Sequence record: KJ019103.1
Strand: one strand, 5' to 3'
Length of the DNA: 64,000 nt
Position numbers and translations under genes: made by a program. The first letter of the stretch is position 1. The number at the start of each line of letters is the position of its first letter. Below, one piece after another: positions 62,173 through 64,000 of this stretch. Below the pieces are notes generated by a model that was given only the letters and a program-made list of their open reading frames with translations, did no database searches and was not told the origin of the DNA.

Positions 62173-62406
62173 ATGGCGTTATCCCAATCAGTGGAGAATT
62201 CCCTCAGGGAGGCAAGTTCGTCCCTGAGGAATGCTCTAGCTTTTGCTGCCAGACAGGAGAGATCACATACCTGTCAGCATATTGCTAAAGTATTAAACGA
62301 TATTGATCTTATTCAGAGAACGGATGAGATGTTTGATACCCTTGATAGTATCAAGGATGGTAAGGGTGGTAGCAACCCATTTGGTAAATTTGGTTTTGAT
62401 GAATAA
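62173..62406 (+). CDS. Hypothetical protein
   Basis: 77-aa helical ORF coupled to uvsX. Confidence 0.65.
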   Translation: MALSQSVENSLREASSSLRNALAFAARQERSHTCQHIAKVLNDIDLIQRTDEMFDTLDSIKDGKGGSNPFGKFGFDE

Positions 62407-63413
62407 TGGATTTCTTAAAGGATATTGTAAATGAAATTGGTGGCGACTTCACTCAGATTGCCTCAGAGATTGAAGAAAACGAAACATACGTGGACACTGG
62501 TTCGTTCATCTTTAATGCTCTTGTATCTGGGTCTATCTATGGTGGTGTATCTGGTAACAAGATTACTGCAATTGCTGGGGAAAGTTCTACTGGAAAGACT
62601 TTCTTCTCACTCGCCGTGGTCAAGAACTTCTTGGATACTAATCCCGATGCATATTGCCTTTATTTTGATACTGAAGCTGCAATCAATAGAAACCTTCTTG
62701 AGTCACGAGGTATTGACCTTAAGCGGTTGGTTGTCGTCAATGTCGTTACAGTAGAAGAGTTTAGGATGAAGGCACTTAAGTGTGTCGATATCTACCAGAA
62801 GAAACCAGAAGACGAACGCAAACCTTGTATGTTTGTCCTAGATTCTCTGGGTATGTTGTCTACAGAGAAAGAGATCAATGATGCTCTGAATGACAAGAAC
62901 GTTCGTGATATGACTAAATCACAACTCATCAAGGGGGCGTTCAGGATGTTGACCTTGAAACTAGGTCAGGCTAAGATACCAATGATTGTTACTAACCATA
63001 CCTATGATGTGATTGGTGCCTATGTTCCTACTAAGGAAATGGGTGGTGGTTCAGGTCTTAAGTATGCCGCCTCTACTATTATTCACCTCACTAAGAAGAA
63101 AGAGAAAGACGGTAAGGATGTTATTGGTAACATTATCAAGTGTAAGACTGCTAAGTCCAGACTCTCCAAAGAGAATACAGACGTAGGTGTTAGACTATTC
63201 TATGATGAACGGGGTTTGGATAAGTACTATGGTCTCCTAGAACTTGGTGAGCTTGGTGGTATGTGGAAGAATGTAGCTGGTCGTTATGACTTGGGTGATG
63301 GTAAGAAGATCTACGCTAAAGAGATACTAAAGGATCCAGAGAAGTACTTCACCGAAGAAGTTATGGAGAAACTGGATGTTGTTGCTAGGGGAACATTCTC
63401 ATATGGGTCATAA
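62406..63413 (+). CDS. uvsX: RecA-like recombinase UvsX
   Basis: AIAGESSTGKT, YFDTE, FVLDSLGML, NHTY, MGGG.GLKYAAS. Confidence 0.96.
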   Translation: MDFLKDIVNEIGGDFTQIASEIEENETYVDTGSFIFNALVSGSIYGGVSGNKITAIAGESSTGKTFFSLAVVKNFLDTNPDAYCLYFDTEAAINRNLLESRGIDLKRLVVVNVVTVEEFRMKALKCVDIYQKKPEDERKPCMFVLDSLGMLSTEKEINDALNDKNVRDMTKSQLIKGAFRMLTLKLGQAKIPMIVTNHTYDVIGAYVPTKEMGGGSGLKYAASTIIHLTKKKEKDGKDVIGNIIKCKTAKSRLSKENTDVGVRLFYDERGLDKYYGLLELGELGGMWKNVAGRYDLGDGKKIYAKEILKDPEKYFTEEVMEKLDVVARGTFSYGS

Positions 63414-63418
63414 ACAAT

Positions 63419-63949
63419 ATGAGTGAGTATATCAAACACTATAGGGGAGTTCTAACAGATACATCTTGTGATGTTCTGATAGATGCTCTTCTGAGTGTAG
63501 ATAGAAAGCATATAAAGGAACACCGAACAGATCGTAAAACATTTGATCAGGTGTTTCTTAATGCTGCAAATATGGACCTGATTCCAGGTATTACTAAAAT
63601 AGTTGGTAATGTAATCAAACAATACAAGATGGATGTTCCATACTTCACACAGTTCTTTCCCAAGGGACTGGAGATTGAAACACCAAAGGTCAAAGGTTAC
63701 AGTCCTGGGGGACAATTCAAACCACATTGTGATGTAGATGCTACTTCCTGTCCAAGGTATCTTGCCTTTCTATTTTATCTTAATGATAATTTTACAGGTG
63801 GACAAACAGAGTTCTTACCTGGTATAATGGTGGAACCTGTGAAAGGTTCAGTGGTGGTATTTCCACCCAACTGGCAACACCCTCATTGTGGATTACCAGT
63901 GGAGACTGGTAACAAATATATTATGTCAACTTATCTAAGATACGTTTAA
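63419..63949 (+). CDS. 2OG-Fe(II) oxygenase
   Basis: FKPHCD (H-x-D), FLFYLND.F.GG.T.F, GSVVVFPP.W..PH.G.PV..G.KY. Confidence 0.88.
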   Translation: MSEYIKHYRGVLTDTSCDVLIDALLSVDRKHIKEHRTDRKTFDQVFLNAANMDLIPGITKIVGNVIKQYKMDVPYFTQFFPKGLEIETPKVKGYSPGGQFKPHCDVDATSCPRYLAFLFYLNDNFTGGQTEFLPGIMVEPVKGSVVVFPPNWQHPHCGLPVETGNKYIMSTYLRYV

Positions 63950-64000
63950 TGGATCGAATTGAGAATTTAATACTAAGATCACTCTCACACAGTGAAGGGT
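63949..64000 (+). CDS. gp41: Start of replicative helicase gp41 (truncated by the window edge)
   Basis: TAATG-coupled MDRIENLILRSLSHSEG; expected position after uvsX; only 17 codons visible. Confidence 0.55.
   Translation, partial: MDRIENLILRSLSHSEG

Noticed and set aside
1-64000. CRISPR arrays, tRNA/rRNA genes, integrase or IS elements, photosynthesis genes
   Set aside because: No repeat-spacer periodicity, cloverleaf or matching protein motifs were seen by eye; tRNAscan-SE and Infernal were not run.

Overview
A 64-kb segment of a T4-like cyanophage (Kyanoviridae-type myovirus) genome, with essentially all genes on the + strand. It runs through the baseplate and tail module (5'-truncated giant gp7-like protein, gp8, a 2406-aa VrlC-like protein, gp13-16), the head and tail core (gp17-gp23), g3/uvsY/uvsW/g55/g47/g46, a CobS-like AAA ATPase with a vWA-metallopeptidase partner, g45/g44/g62/regA/hsp20, DNA polymerase gp43, uvsX and the start of gp41. 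Main oddities: (1) gp43 is split into two genes with two small ORFs between them, and the C-terminal half has no ATG/GTG/TTG start upstream of polymerase motif B, so an ATT start at 60819 is proposed; (2) g45 is frameshifted by an exact 95-bp tandem duplication, possibly an assembly artefact; (3) the hsp20 leader has a ROSE-like SD-sequestering hairpin; (4) a 926-aa Lys-rich ORF looks like a protease-processed polyprotein; (5) an island after g23 holds a LAGLIDADG-like gene, an outer-membrane beta-barrel gene and a possible small RNA or attenuator; (6) several late promoters have hairpins straddling the predicted start site. No tRNA, rRNA or CRISPR array was recognised. All gene calls rest on motif recognition and T4-like synteny, not on database searches.
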